Positions 25,433 to 39,169 of a DNA stretch of 64,000 bases are shown here, piece by piece (within the stretch, counting starts at the first letter, position 1; every line of letters starts with the position of its first letter). The notes under the pieces were generated by a model that worked only from the letters and a program-made list of their open reading frames with translations, did not search any database and was not told the origin of the DNA. Location: NCBI GenBank assembly GCA_964016885.1, contig OZ024749.1:930001-994000 (forward strand). Reading direction: 5' to 3'. This stretch comes from Eledone cirrhosa. Lineage: Eukaryota. The position numbers and the translations under genes are program-made.

Positions 25433-26887
25433 TAATAATAATAAATTTGAAGACTAAAATCCATAGAGGGCTCGATAAGGATAAATATATATCAGATATA
25501 TAAGAACCGTAGAGCAAATATTTATTAAAATAACAGATTAAAGTTTAAGCAAAGAATCGCTGCTTTCACCCTTAACGGGATCTTCTGAAACTAAAAAAGT
25601 CAATCTGTGAAGGCAGAAGTAAATATTTAAAAAAACGTTGAAACCGAAGGAAGACAGGAAGATGATACTTTGGTTCGTGGAAATGTTCCCTGGCAATGAA
25701 CGGAAAAAACGAAGATAATACGTCATTATGTGGAGCGATGATAACAATTACACGCAAAGACAGAACCACGTAAATGGTATAACATAAGTCATAGACTAAA
25801 ATTCTATTTAGGAAACTGAATGATTCTCGGCTTCAGAGTTAAGAATAAAGTAAATAAAATACAGTGGTAATGTATGTTTTGTGAAGGTATGTATATTTTC
25901 TCGTACGTATATTTGCTTGTATATGTTATTGGCGTATATATATAATATATACTGGTACATGTGCATTTAGTTATGTGATTACGGGAGTTTTGCGTCTGTG
26001 TGAGTATGCGGGTTCGTACATATGTAGGGTGTGTGAATATGTGTACTTTGTGTTTTGGTTGACGTACATCCGCGAACATGTCTTTACATGTGGGTGTGTG
26101 TGTGTGTGCGCATTGTATACGTATTTATGTGTGTATATTTATATACGTTTATCTAATTATGTATACACGCACGCACACACACGTGTATATATATATATGG
26201 TTTTATTTATTTTTTTATGTGTATTTGGTGTATACGTTTGTATGTGTGCGGTACAGGCGTTGCATGGGTTCTGTATGTGCAGGTGTGTTTTATTTTTGTT
26301 ATGTACATGCTTGTATTTGCATACCCATGGGGAGTGGTTTCGCGTATGCTTGTGTATGTATGTATATGGATGCGTGTATGTATTTATTTAATTTCAATTA
26401 CCTCTGTATTTTATTTACTTTATTGTTAACTCTGAAGCTGAGAATCATTTGGTTTCCTAAATAGAATTTTAGTCTACGACTTCAGTTATACCATTTACGT
26501 GTCTTTGCGTGTAATTGTTCTCATTACTCCACATAATGATATATTATCTTCGTTTTTTTTCGTTCATTGCCAGAGAACGTCTCCATAAACAACCTAATAG
26601 AATATTAGTCTACGACTTCATTTATACCATAAACGTGGTTTTGTCTTTGCGTGTAATTGTTTTCACCGCTCCAAATAATGACGCATTATATACGTTTTTT
26701 TCTGTTTTTTGCCAGGGAACGTTTCCACGAACCAAAGTATCGTCTTCCTGTCTTCCTTTGGTTGCAACGTTTTTTGAAATATTTACTTCTGCATTAACAG
26801 ATTGACTTTTTTAGTTTCAGAAGGTCCTGTTAAGAGTGAAAGTAGCGATTCTTTGCTTAAACTTTAATCTGTTATTTTAATAAATAT
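25433..26887 (-). mobile_element. Long fold-back PLE pLTR derivative (same family as 52950-53530)
   Basis: 25517-25870 is inverted at ~26400-26887, with an internal duplication at ~26450-26750. Hammerhead-like AGTTT-CAGAAGA-TCCCGTTAAGGGT-GAAA-GCAG...TTGC-TT-AAACT. Confidence 0.82.
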
Positions 26888-27200
26888 ATATATATATATC
26901 ACATATCTTAACCATATATATATATATTTCTCTCACATATCCTAACCACATATATATTTTTCATATTACCTTATTTGAGCCGTTTTGGAGATATTAATTT
27001 CAACTTTTTAACATATCTTAACGAGTGATTTTATGTTTTATATGCTCTAAACATTATTTTGTCTTGTTCACAGAAGCATTTTAATAAACTCTCAAGACAC
27101 CTGTGTTGAGTATTAATTGTGAGTCATTAAACAAAATAACTCTCTGTGACTCAATACAGGTAGAAATAATTGTAACATTTTGGTTTTATTTAACTATTAA

Positions 27201-27242
<42 letters not shown>

Positions 27243-27362
27243 AGTAAGGAGAGCTTTTCATGTTGAATATGAAGCTGCAGTAAAGAAATTTGTGTTAGTA
27301 TTACAGCAAATGTTTAGCAGCAAGCTTGAATGGATATTAAACGGAAAGCAATAGATTATAGA

Positions 27363-30300
27363 GAAACAACAACAGTAACAACAACAGCAGCAGCCATTAC
27401 TGCAACAACAGCAGCAGTCACTGCAACAACAGTAGCAGTCACTGCAACAACAGTAGCAGTCACTGCAACAACAGAAGCAGTCACTGCAACAACAGCAGCA
27501 GTCAGTGCAACAACAGCAGCAGTCACTGCAACAACAGTAGCAGTCACTGCAACAACAGTAGCAGCCACAACAGCAGTCACTGCAACAACAGAAGCAGTCA
27601 CTGCAACAACAGCAGCAGTCACTGCAACAACAGCAGCAGTCACTGCAACAACAGCAGCAGTCACTGCAACAAAATCAGCAGTCAATGCAACAACAACAGC
27701 AGTCACTTCAACAACAGCAGCAGTCACTGCAACAACAGCAGCAGTCACTGCAACAACAGTAGCAGTCACTGCAACAACAGCAGCAGTCAGTGCAACAACA
27801 TCAGCAGTCACTGTAATAACAGCAGCAGTCACTTCAACAACAGCAGCAGTCACTGCAACAATAGCAGCAGTCAGTGCAACAGCAGTCACTTCAATAACAG
27901 CAGCAGTCACTGCAACAACAGCAGCAGTCACTTCAATAACAGCAGCAGTCACTGCAACAACAGCAGCAGTCACTGCAACAACAGCAGCAGTCACTGCAAC
28001 AGCAGCAGCAGTCACTGCAACAACAGCAGCAGTCACTGCAACAACAGAAGCAGTCACTGCAACAACAGAAGCAGTCACTGCAACAGCAGCAGCAGTCACT
28101 GCAACAGCAGCAGCAGTCACTGCAACAACAGCAGCAGTCACTGCAAAAACAGCAGCAGTCACTGCAACAACAGCAGCAGTCACTGCAACAGCAGCAGCAG
28201 TCACTGCAACAACAGAAGCAGTCACTGCAACAACAGTAGCAGTCACTGCAACAGCAGCAGCAGTCACTGCAACAGCAGCAGCAGTCACTGCAACAACAGA
28301 AGCAGTCACTGCAACAACAGAAGCAGTCACTGCAACAGCAGCAGTCACTGCAACAACAGCAGCAGTCACTGCAACAACAGCAGCAGTCACTGCAACAACA
28401 GAAGCAGTCACTGCAACAACAGCAGCAGTCACTGCAACAGCAGCAGCAGTCACTGCAACAACAGCAGCAGTCACTGCAACAAAAGCAGCAGTCACTGCAA
28501 CAGCAGCAGTCACTGCAACAAAAGCAGCAGTCACTGCAACAGCAGCAGTCACTGCAACAGCAGCAACAGTCACTTCAACAACAGCAGCAGTCACTGCAAC
28601 AGCAGCAGCAGTCACTGCAACAACAATAGCAGTAACAGCAACAGTCACTGCTCAACAGTAACAGCAGCAGTCACTGCAACAACTGCAGCAGTCACTGCAA
28701 CAACGGCAGCAGTCACTGCAACAACAGTAGCAGTCACTGCAACAACGCAGCAGTCACTGCAACAACAGCAGCAGTCACTGCAACAACAGCAACAGTCACT
28801 GCAACAAAAGCAGCAGTCACTGCAACAACAGCAGCAGTCAATAAAACAACAGCAGCAGTCACTGCAACAACGGCAGCAGTCACAGCAAAAACGGCAGCAA
28901 TCACTTCAACAACAGCAGCATTTACTGCAACAACAGCAGCAGTCACTGCAACAACAGCAGCATTCACTGCAACAACAGCAGCAGTCACTGCAACAACGGC
29001 AGTAGTCACTGCAACAACAGCAGCAGTCACTGCAACAACAGCAGCAGTCACTTTAACAACAGCAGCAGTCACTGCAACAACAGCAGCAATCACTTCAACA
29101 ACAGCAGCATTTACTGCAACAACAGCAGCAGTCACTGCAACAACAGCAGCAGTCACTGCAACAACAGCAGCAGTCACTGCTACAACAGCAGCAGTCACTG
29201 CAACAACAATAGCAGTAAGCAACAGTCACTGCTCAACAGTAACAGCAGCAGTCACTGCAACAACTGCAGCAGTCACTGCAACAACGGCAGCAGTCACTGC
29301 AACACCAGTAGCAGTCACTGCAACAACGCAGCAGTCACTGCAACAACAGCAGCAGTCACTGCAACAACAGCAACAGTCCCTGCAACAAAAGCAGCAGTCA
29401 CTGCAACAACAGCAGCATTTACTGCAACAACAGCAACAGTCACTGCAACAACAGCAGCAGTCACTGCAACAACGGCAGTAGTCACTGCAACAACGGCAGT
29501 AGTCACTGCAACAACAGCAGCAGTCACTGCAACAACAGCAGCAGTCACTTTAACAACAGCAGCAGTCACTGCAACAACAGCAGCAATCACTTCAACAACA
29601 GCAGCATTTACTGCAACAACAGCAGCAGTCACTGCAACAACAGCACCAGTCACTTCAACAACAGCAGCAGTCACTGCAACAACAGTAACAGTCACTGCTA
29701 CAACAGCAGCAGTAACTGCAACAACAGCAGCAAATACTGCAACAACAGCAGCAGTCACTGCAACAACAGTAACAGTCACTGCAACAACAGCAGCAGTCAC
29801 TGCAACAGTCAATGTAACAACAGCAGCAGTCACTGCAACAACAGCAGCAGTCACTGCAACAGCAGCAGCAGACACTGCAACAACAGCAGCAGTCACTGCA
29901 ACAACAGCAGCAGTCACTGCAACAACAGCAGCAGTCACTGCAACAACGGCAGCAGTCACTGCAACAACGGCAGCATTCACTGCAACAACGGCAGCAGTCA
30001 CTGCAATAACAGCAGCAGTCATTGCAACAACAGTAGCAGACACTGCAACAACATAAGAGCAACCACAGCAGTAGTCACTGCAACAACAACAGCAGTCACT
30101 GCAAAAACAGCAGCAGCAGTCACTGCAACAGCAGCAACAGTCACTGCTCAACAGTAACAGCAACAGTCACTGCAACAACTGCAGCAGTCACTGCAACAAC
30201 AGCAGCAACAGTCACCGCTACAACAGTAGCAACAGTCACTGCAACAACATAACAGCAACCACAGCAGCAGTCACTGCAGCAACAACAGCAGTCACTGCAA

Positions 30301-33300
30301 CAGCAGCAGTCACTGCAACAGCAGTAGCCACTTCAACAACAGTAGCAGTCATTGCAACAGCAGCAGTCACTGCAACAGCAGTAGCCACTTCAACAACAGT
30401 AGCAGGCACTGCAACAAAAGCAGCAGTCACTGCAACAACAGCAGTCACTGCAACAACAGCAGCAGTCACTGCAACAGCAGCAGCAGTCACTGCAACAGCA
30501 GCAGCAGTCACTGCAACAGCAGCAAGTCACCGCTACAACAGCAGCAGTCACTTCAACAACAGCAGCAGTCACTGCAACAGTAGCAGTCATTGCAACAGCA
30601 GCAGCAGTCAGTGCAACAACAGCAGCAGTCACTGCAACAACAGCAACAGTCACTGCAACAACAGCAGTCACTGCAACAACAGCAGCAGTCACTGCAACAA
30701 CTGCAGCAGGCACTGCAACAACTGCAGCAGGCACTGCAACAACAGCAGCGGTCACTGCAACAACAGCAGCAGTCCTGCAACAACAGCAGCAGTCACTGCA
30801 ACAAAAGCCGCAGTCATTTCAACAACAGCAGCAGTCACTGCAACAACTGCAGCAGTCACTGCAACAACGGCAGCAGTCACTGCAACAACAGTAGCAGTCA
30901 CTGCAACAATGCAGCAGTCACTGCAACAACAGCAGCAGTCACTGCAACAACAGCAACAGTCACTGCAACAACAGCAGCAGTCACTGCAACAACAGCAGTC
31001 ACTGCAACAACAGCAGCAGTCACTTCAACAACAGCAGCAGTCACTTCAACAACAGCAGCAGTCACTGCAACAACAGCAGCAATCACTGCAACAACAGTAA
31101 CAGTCACTGCAACAACAGCAGCAGTCACTGCAACAACAGCAGCAGTTACTGCAACAGCAGCAGCAGACACTGCAACAACAGCAGCAGTCACTGCAACAAC
31201 AGCAGCAGTCACTTCAACAACAGCACCAGTCACTTCAACAACAGCAGCAGTCACTGCAACAACAGCCGCAGTCACTTCAACAACAGCAGCGGTCACTGCA
31301 ACAACAGCAGCAGTCACTGCAACAACAGCAGCAGTCACTGCAACAACAGCAGCAGTAACTGCAACAACAGCAGCAGTCACTGCAACAGCAGCAGCAGTCA
31401 CTTCAACAGCAGCAGCAGTCACTGCAACAACAGCAGCAGTCACTGCAACAACAGCAGCAGTCACTGCAACAACAGCAGAAGTCACTTCAACAACAGCAGC
31501 AGTCACTGCAACAACAGCAGCAGTCACTGCAACAACAGCAGCAGTCACTGTAACAACAGTAGCAGTCACTGCAACAACAGCAGCAGTCACTGCAACAACA
31601 GCAGCAGTCACTTCAACAACAGCAGCAGTCACTTCAACAACAGCAGCAGTCACTTCAACAACAGCAGCAGTCACTGCAAGAACAGCAGCAGTCACTGCAA
31701 GAACAGCAGCAGTCACTGCAACAACGGCAGCAGTCACTGCAACAACAGTAGCAGTCACTGCAACAACAGCAGCAGTCACTGCAACAACAGCAGTAGTCAC
31801 TGCAACAACAGCAGCAGTCACTGCAACAACAGCAGCATTTACTGCAACAACAGTAGCAGTCACTGCAACAACAGCAGCAGTCACTGCAACAACAGCAGCA
31901 GTCAGTGACAATAGCAGCAGTCAGTGACACAATAGCAGCAGTCACTGCAACAACAGCAGCAGTCACTGCAACAACAGCAGCAGTCACTGCAACAACAGCA
32001 GCAGTCACTGCAACAACAGCAGCAGTCACTGCAACAACAGCAGCAGTCACTGCAACAACAGCAGCAGTCACTGCAACAACAGCAGCAGTCACTGCAGCAA
32101 CAGCAGCAGTCACTGTAACAACAGTAGCAGTCACTGTAACAACGGCAGCAGTCACTGTAACGACAGCAGCAGTCACTGTAACAACAGCAGCAGTCACTGC
32201 AACAACGGCAGCAGTCACTGCAACAACAGTAGCAGTCACTGCAACAACAGCAGCAGTCACTGCAACAACAGCAGCAGTCACTGCAACAACAGCAGCAGTC
32301 ACTGCAACAACAGCGGTAGTCACTGCAACAACAGCAGCATTTACTGCAACAACAGCAGCAGTCACTGCAACAACAGCAGCAGTCACTGCAACAACAGCGG
32401 CGGTCACTGCAACAACAGCAGCAGTCACTGCAACAACAGCAGCAGTCACTGCAACAACAGCGGCAGTCACTGCAACAACAGCAGTAGTCACTGCAACAAC
32501 AGCAGCATTTACTGCAACAACATCAGCAGTCACTGCAACAACAGCAGCAGTCACTGCAACAACAGTAGCAGTCACTGTAACAACAGCAGCAGTCACTTCA
32601 ACAACAGCAGCAGTCACTGCAACAACAGCAGCAGTCAGTGACAACAGCAGCAGTCACTGCAACAACAGCAGCAGTCAGTGACACAACAGCAGCAGTCACT
32701 GCAACAACAGCAGCAGTCACTGCAACAACAGTAGCAGTCACTGTAACAACAGCAGCAGTCACTTCAACAACAGCAGCAGTCACTGCAACAACAGCAGCAG
32801 TCACTGTAACAACAGCAGCAGTCACTGCAACAACAGCAGCAGTCACTGCAACAACAGCAGCAGTCACTGCAACAACAGCAGCAGTCACTGCAACAACAGC
32901 AGCAGTCACTGCAACAACAGCAGCAGTCAGTGACACAACAGCAGCAGTCACTGCACAACAGCAGCAGTCACTGCAACAACAGCAGCGGTCACTGCAACAA
33001 CAGCAGCAGTCAGTGACACAACAGCAGCAGTCACTGCAACAACAGCAGCAGTCACTTCAACAACAGCAGCAGTCACTGCAACAACAGCAGCAGTCACTTC
33101 AACAACAGCGGCGGTCACTGCAACAACAGCAGCAGTCACTGCAACAACAGCAGCAGTCACTCCAACAACAGCCGCAGTCACTGCAACAACAGCAGCAGTC
33201 ACTGCAACAACAGCAGCAGTCACTGCAACAACAGCAGCAGTCACTGCAACAACAGCAGCAGTCACTGCAACAACAGCAGCAGTCAGTGACACAACAGCAG

Positions 33301-34156
33301 CAGTCACTGCACAACAGCAGCAGTCACTGCAACAACAGCAGCGGTCACTGCAACAACAGCAGCAGTCAGTGACACAACAGCAGCAGTCACTGCAACAACA
33401 GCAGCAGTCACTTCAACAACAGCAGCAGTCACTGCAACAACAGCAGCAGTCACTTCAACAACAGCGGCGGTCACTGCAACAACAGCAGCAGTCACTGCAA
33501 CAACAGCAGCAGTCACTCCAACAACAGCCGCAGTCACTGCAACAACAGCAGCAGTCACTCCAACAACAGCAGCAGTCACTCCAACAACAGCCGCAGTCAC
33601 TGCAACAACAGCAGCAGTCACTGCAACAACAGCAGCAGTCACTCCAACAACAGCAGCAGTCACTGCAACAACAGCAGCAGTCAGTGACACAACAGCAGCA
33701 GTCACTTCAACAACAGCGGCGGTCACTGCAACAACAGCAGCCACTGCAACAACAGCAGCAGTCACTCCAACAACAGCCGCAGTCACTGCAACAACAGCAG
33801 CAGTCACTGCAACAACAGTAGCAGTCACTGCAACAACAGTAGCAGTCACTGCAACAACAGCAGCAGTCACTGCAACAACAGCAGCAGTCACTGCAACAAC
33901 AGCAGCAGTCACTGCAACAACAGCAGCAGTCACTTCAACAACAGCAGCAGTCACTGCAACAACAGCAGCAGTCACTGCAACAACAGCGGCAGTCACTGCA
34001 ACAACAGCAGCAGTCAGTGACACAACAGCAGCAGTCACTTCAACAACAGCGGCGGTCACTGCAACAACAGCAGCAGTCACTGCAACAACAGCGGCGGTCA
34101 CTGCAACAACAGCAGCGGTCACTGCAACAACAGCAGCAGTCACTGCAACAACAGCC
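27363..34156. repeat. ~6.8 kb 21-bp minisatellite (GCAGCAGTCACTGCAACAACA)n
   Basis: Direct reading; roughly 320 units, with 18-bp variants and occasional frameshifting indels. Confidence 0.97.
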
Positions 34157-34435
34157 ACATATTTTTAGAACAAATCTGAAAATGAAAAACTAAACACGTG
34201 TAAAATTAGCAAAAGTTCAGAGTTTAGTTAATTTGTGAGTTAACAGATTTGTGTGTACGTACATGCTTGTTTATATATGTAAATGCATATATTTTAGTGT
34301 GTGTGTGAGTGCGTCTGCATGTGTACACATGTTCATATTTGTGTGTATGTACGTTTGTCAGTGCATTTGTATGTGTACATGTGTTCACAATTGTGTATAT
34401 ATGTGTATGTGTGAGTATATATGTGTATATATATA

Positions 34436-34760
34436 TGGAGGCACATGGTTAGTGGTTAGAGCATAGTCCTTGCAATCGAAAGGTTGTGAGTTCAATTCTC
34501 AGACCGGGTGATGTGTTGTTTCCTTGAGCAAGACACTTTATTTCACATTGCTCCAGTTTACTCAACTGTAGGAATGAGATGATAGGGATTGGGGTCCCTA
34601 TCATTCCACTGCAAAGTGGTCGTGGAGGTGCCACGGCAAAAAAGCACCCAGCCCACACTGTAAATGAGGTTGGTGTTAGGAAGGGCATCCAGCCAGAAAC
34701 AGTTCCCGTTCCACCCTTGCAAGCAGGGAAAAGCGGACGTAAAATAATGATGATGATGAT
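34436..34760 (+). mobile_element. SINE family B (RTE-tailed), full length
   Basis: Reverse complement of the 8443-8794 copy; (GAT)n tail. Confidence 0.9.
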
Positions 34761-36706
34761 ATATTTCTGTGTCTGTATGTATCTTTGTGTGTATGTATGT
34801 GTATGTATGTATGTGTTTGTGTGTGTATGTATGTGTATGTCTGTATGTATGTATGTGTCTATGTCTGTATGTGTCTATATGTCTGTGTATGTATGTAAAT
34901 GTGTGTGCCTCTATCCACATCAGTGTGTGTATGTGTCTGTGTATGTATGTATGTGTGTATGATAATTACAATCAAATGGATGAGCAAAAAATAAAAAAAA
35001 ATGAAATTAAAAAAAGCCACCTTTGACTAAATAAACTTTGGTAAAAACATCTTAATGGGAAAAATAGTAAATTTCCTTATCAAAGTCTTTGAAAATATTG
35101 GATATATTTGTGAAGTAAACTAAATGTAGCATTAAAAGGAGGAGAGAAACACAGTTAAAACAATATAAATACAATATAAAAAAATATATGAAAAAATAAT
35201 AAAGAAATTCCATTATTCCCCAATAAGAAAATATGGTACATATAATGGGATCATATATAAATCATGTTGACCCTCTTATGCCATTTATAATGTGTTGTTA
35301 GCAACAATGTATATACAAACATCCATATATATCTCTGTGTGTATGTGTATCTATGTATATATATATATATATATGGGAAGATCATATTGCCAATAAAAAC
35401 ATACGTACCAGTTGAGTTTCACAGTTTATTATTAGTTATGTAACTAATACATTCATTGGTTAGTTTAATTGTTATTTATCAAAGATCTTTCATCACACAT
35501 CCTGTGACCTTCCCAATCACTATTCTTGTTCCTTGGTGTCTCCTCTTTGTTCTGATCTTCTATTTAATTTATATTGTCATTTTGTGCATGTGTGTGTGTG
35601 TGTGTGTATGTATCTGTGTGCTGCTCCTTCTACAAGCTTCTGTGTTTGCGTTTGGCACATGTGTGTGTCTGTGTGTCCTTACTCTTCAGGTCACAGGGTC
35701 AATATCATTGACTAAATCCCTTTAAAATACTGCTTCAGCATGCCGCTTTCTCCTCACATAAATCTTTATCATGGCACATTTGCCTATGGTAGTAAAAAGA
35801 AAAGATTTTGGGTACTTTAAATAGTGTCTCCTTGGCTACAGCACAGTCAAGCCCAGACCTAATCTGCCCTTGCCAGCATGGCCACAGTCTAATGACTTCA
35901 TTAATAACACAACCTATTAAAAAGCTTCTTAAATTATTAACTTGTCAGATGTTTTTAATACGAAACCACCTTTGCTTCTATGCTACAAGAGTTCATTTTA
36001 AAGTGTCTATATTTATTTAAAAACCTTCTATCATAGTTGTGATAGAAGTTATGTTCCAAATATCAGCAAAATACAGGACCGGGTTTAGACCTTGGGGCTC
36101 TTCAGCATTGGCAGGTCCCTCATACACTCCAATTTACATGTCAAAGTTGGCTTGGTACATGTAATTGGAACCGACAAGCTCTATAATTAAATCCCACCAA
36201 ATTCTAGATTATTATCAAAATATGATAACGAAGGAATCCTTTAAAATGTTTTGATAGAACTAGAGAGGCTTTGGTAAGGTTCATATTAAAAGGCTTAAAA
36301 TTGATTATTTTAAAAAACCAAAAAATAAAGTGAGCAATGAAATATGGTATTTTCAGAGATTTTCAAGGTCTATCGAATAGGAATTCTTTCTACTATTTAA
36401 ATTACCCAATAAAATATTTTTTATCCTGCAAAACTCATTTTTATTTGTCGCTTTTTTAATAAGAGAGAGAAAGAAAAAAAAAAAGGTCCTCACTATAATT
36501 TATAATATATATTTATTTTTAAGATACAACTTTTTTCTAATATAAATGAAAGCCCCAAGAGAAAGATATCTTCCTTTATTTCCAAAATCAATAATACTAG
36601 AGAGACTTTGCAGATATTTTAGCACCTAGAGTCATCTTAAAGACTAATTTATGTAAACAGGTCATAGAAATGACAATATATATCGTAAACATACAGCCAC
36701 AGTAGA

Positions 36707-36941
36707 TTAACCCTTTCTATATTTCTAATTTCTCAAGAAAGACACTATCGATGATTTTCAAATGTTTTTAGAGTTGTACTTGGCAACATAAGCTATAAAA
36801 GTTGACATTATGTCTTTTACCATTCATCAACATATTTCTCAACAAAGACACTACCAAAGATTTTCAAAAATTTCAAAAATAATCAAGAACTTGGAGTTAT
36901 TTAGTAGGCAGTTTCAGGTGGGCTGGTATCAAAAGGGTTAA
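36707..36941. mobile_element. piggyBac-like MITE remnant
   Basis: TTAA-CCCTTT ... AAAGGG-TTAA termini. Related ends at ~9525-9778 and ~59367-59505. Confidence 0.5.
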
Positions 36942-37185
36942 GCTGGTGTTTGGAACATACATGTGTGTGTGTGAATCACTGTGTATTATATCATAACACT
37001 CTCTTTGAATAAAAACTAATAAAGGGTAGAGAGGATCCTTAACTCTTTAGAATTTAAACTGGCCATATCCAGCCAGAATTCTCTCATCTCTTTCTGTTCA
37101 AACTGGCTGTAACCGGCCACTCATACTTATATTAAAGTATTGTTCTCAAAATCTCATAGATTTGATATTATGTGAGATATAATAA

Positions 37186-37387
37186 TGGTTTCTTATATAG
37201 GCACAAGGCCAGCAATTTTTGGGGTAGGGGAAAGTCGATAAAATCGACCCCAGTGCATTTTATTGACCCCATAAGGATGAAAGGCAAAGTTAACCTCGGT
37301 GGTATTTGAACTCAGACCATAAAGGGACGTAACTATGCTGCAAAGCATGGCGTCCAACCCTCTACCGATACTGCCAATCCACCGCCC
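37186..37387 (-). mobile_element. SINE family A, full length
   Basis: Same consensus. Confidence 0.88.
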
Positions 37388-37424
37388 TCAGATATAATAT
37401 AATAATAATAACAATAATAATAAT

Positions 37425-37757
37425 AAAAAAGCACCCAGCACTCACTGTAAAGTGGACGTGGAGGCGCCACGGCAAAAAAGCACCAGCACTCACTGTAAAG
37501 TGGACGTGGAGGCGCCACGGCAAAAAAGCACCCAGCACTCACTGTAAAGTGGACGTGGAGGCGCCACGGCAAAAAAGCACCCAGCACTCACTGTAAAGTA
37601 AACATGTAGGCGCCATGGCAAAAAAGCACCCAGCACTCACTGTAAATGAGGTTGGTGTTAGGAAGGGCATCCAGCTGTAGAAATCAAGCCAGAATCAGTT
37701 CCCGTCCCACCCTTGCAAGCAGGGAAAAGCAGACGTAAAATAATGATGATGATGATA
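37425..37757 (+). mobile_element. SINE family B 3' portion with an internal ~50-bp tandem expansion
   Basis: gcacccagcactcactgtaaagtggacgtggaggcgccacggcaaaaaa repeated 4-5 times, then the RTE tail. Confidence 0.85.
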
Positions 37758-38049
37758 TATATCAGAGAAATATTGACTTTTGTGTAGTGTTCTGAAATTC
37801 ACCAGGAAAGGTTAAATGAACAGTGGTCTGAAATAAGTAAGCAACAACAACAATGCATACACACACACACACATATATGTTTATATATAAGAAATAAAAT
37901 AGCAAAATAATCTAAAGACACTGTTGAAATATAAAAATATTTTTACATAGATTGAAGTTAATAGCTTTCTGTCTGAGATAATAATTTATTAGTGGAAAGT
38001 TCAATGGTCTTTATGGAAGAGACACTGTGACATATGAAACATGATGACT

Positions 38050-38240
38050 AGCAATCATCACTGTCATCAATATCATCACCACCATTGCCACTAACACCAC
38101 CTCCATCACCACCACTATCACTGCTACCACCATCACCACCATTGCCACTAACACCACCTCCATCACCACCACCACTATCACTGCCACCGCCATCACCACC
38201 ATCGCCATCATTACTACTATTGTTATCACTGCCATCATCA
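38050..38240. repeat. (CAC/CAT)n low-complexity repeat
   Basis: Direct reading. Confidence 0.85.
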
Positions 38241-38852
38241 TTTTATGTCCATTTTTTCATGCCGGTATGGGTTGGGCTGCCTTCCTAGATGGGCCAGAAG
38301 GGGCCTGAGATAACTGAAAGTTTAGGGACCATGTCAATTTATTCTGTATATTTGCAGTAGTGGGGTGAAGATTACCAAAGACAATATTCAAGAAGAAGCC
38401 TGACCAAGGACTAAATAATTCTAACATCAGTAGGTCAATAATTTTTGGGAAAGGTCAATTATATTGCCCCCAGTTGACCTCGGCAGAATTTGAACTCAGA
38501 AAGTAGGAAGTTGTAAATAAATGCTACAAAGTATTTTATCAAACGCTCTACCGAGTTATCTCCTTTCATCGTTTACAAATCAAGAATCGGCTGTGTTCCA
38601 GCCTGGAGAGGGAGGGGCTCTACCAGGTTTTAAATATCACTTGTGTATCAAGATGGTGCCCCTAGGACTCAATAAGCAGTTAAGGGACCTCTACTGGTAC
38701 TTACCATGTACGTTTGAAATATAAAGACAACTGTTATTACTGTACATGAAGATAAAAATAATTGGCATTTTCTCTGAGCCAAACATGCTAGAAATAGCAG
38801 CTAAATATCCATTATATCACACCCTTAGAAAAAGGAAGGACACATTGGATTA

Positions 38853-38973
38853 TGATTATCAAGGGAGTAACAATATGAGAGACTTAAAAGATTGATGAAA
38901 GTTGACTTGTTTCCAAACAAGTCAAACTCCAGTCGATCTTTTAAGTCACTCATATTGTTACTCCCTTGATAAT
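38853..38973. repeat. ~120-bp imperfect palindrome
   Basis: attatcaagggagtaacaatatgagagacttaaaagat...ttgacttgttt|ccaaacaagtcaa...atcttttaagtcactcatattgttactcccttgataat. Confidence 0.85.
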
Positions 38974-39169
38974 GGGTTTTTAAACCTGAAAATATTTGGG
39001 ATTATCAAATTTGCTAAGGTAAGATTCTTTTGTTAACTTAGCAATCTTGATTTTCTTTCTAGTACATTGTATGGTTTTTAAAATTATTTAAATGTGTTTC
39101 TTATTCAACAATGCTTCAAGCAACCTACAAGTCTGTTATATATATATAGTGTGTGTAAGTATAAGCCAG

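Noticed and set aside
27330-28661. Antifreeze glycoprotein or mucin gene call
   Set aside because: No signal peptide or clear exon boundaries; the unit is AAVTATT, not (AAT)n; frameshifts occur downstream. Kept only as a low-interest finding.
34436-34510. tRNA gene
   Set aside because: A/B boxes belong to a SINE head that runs into a SINE body; no complete cloverleaf. The same applies to the other SINE heads.
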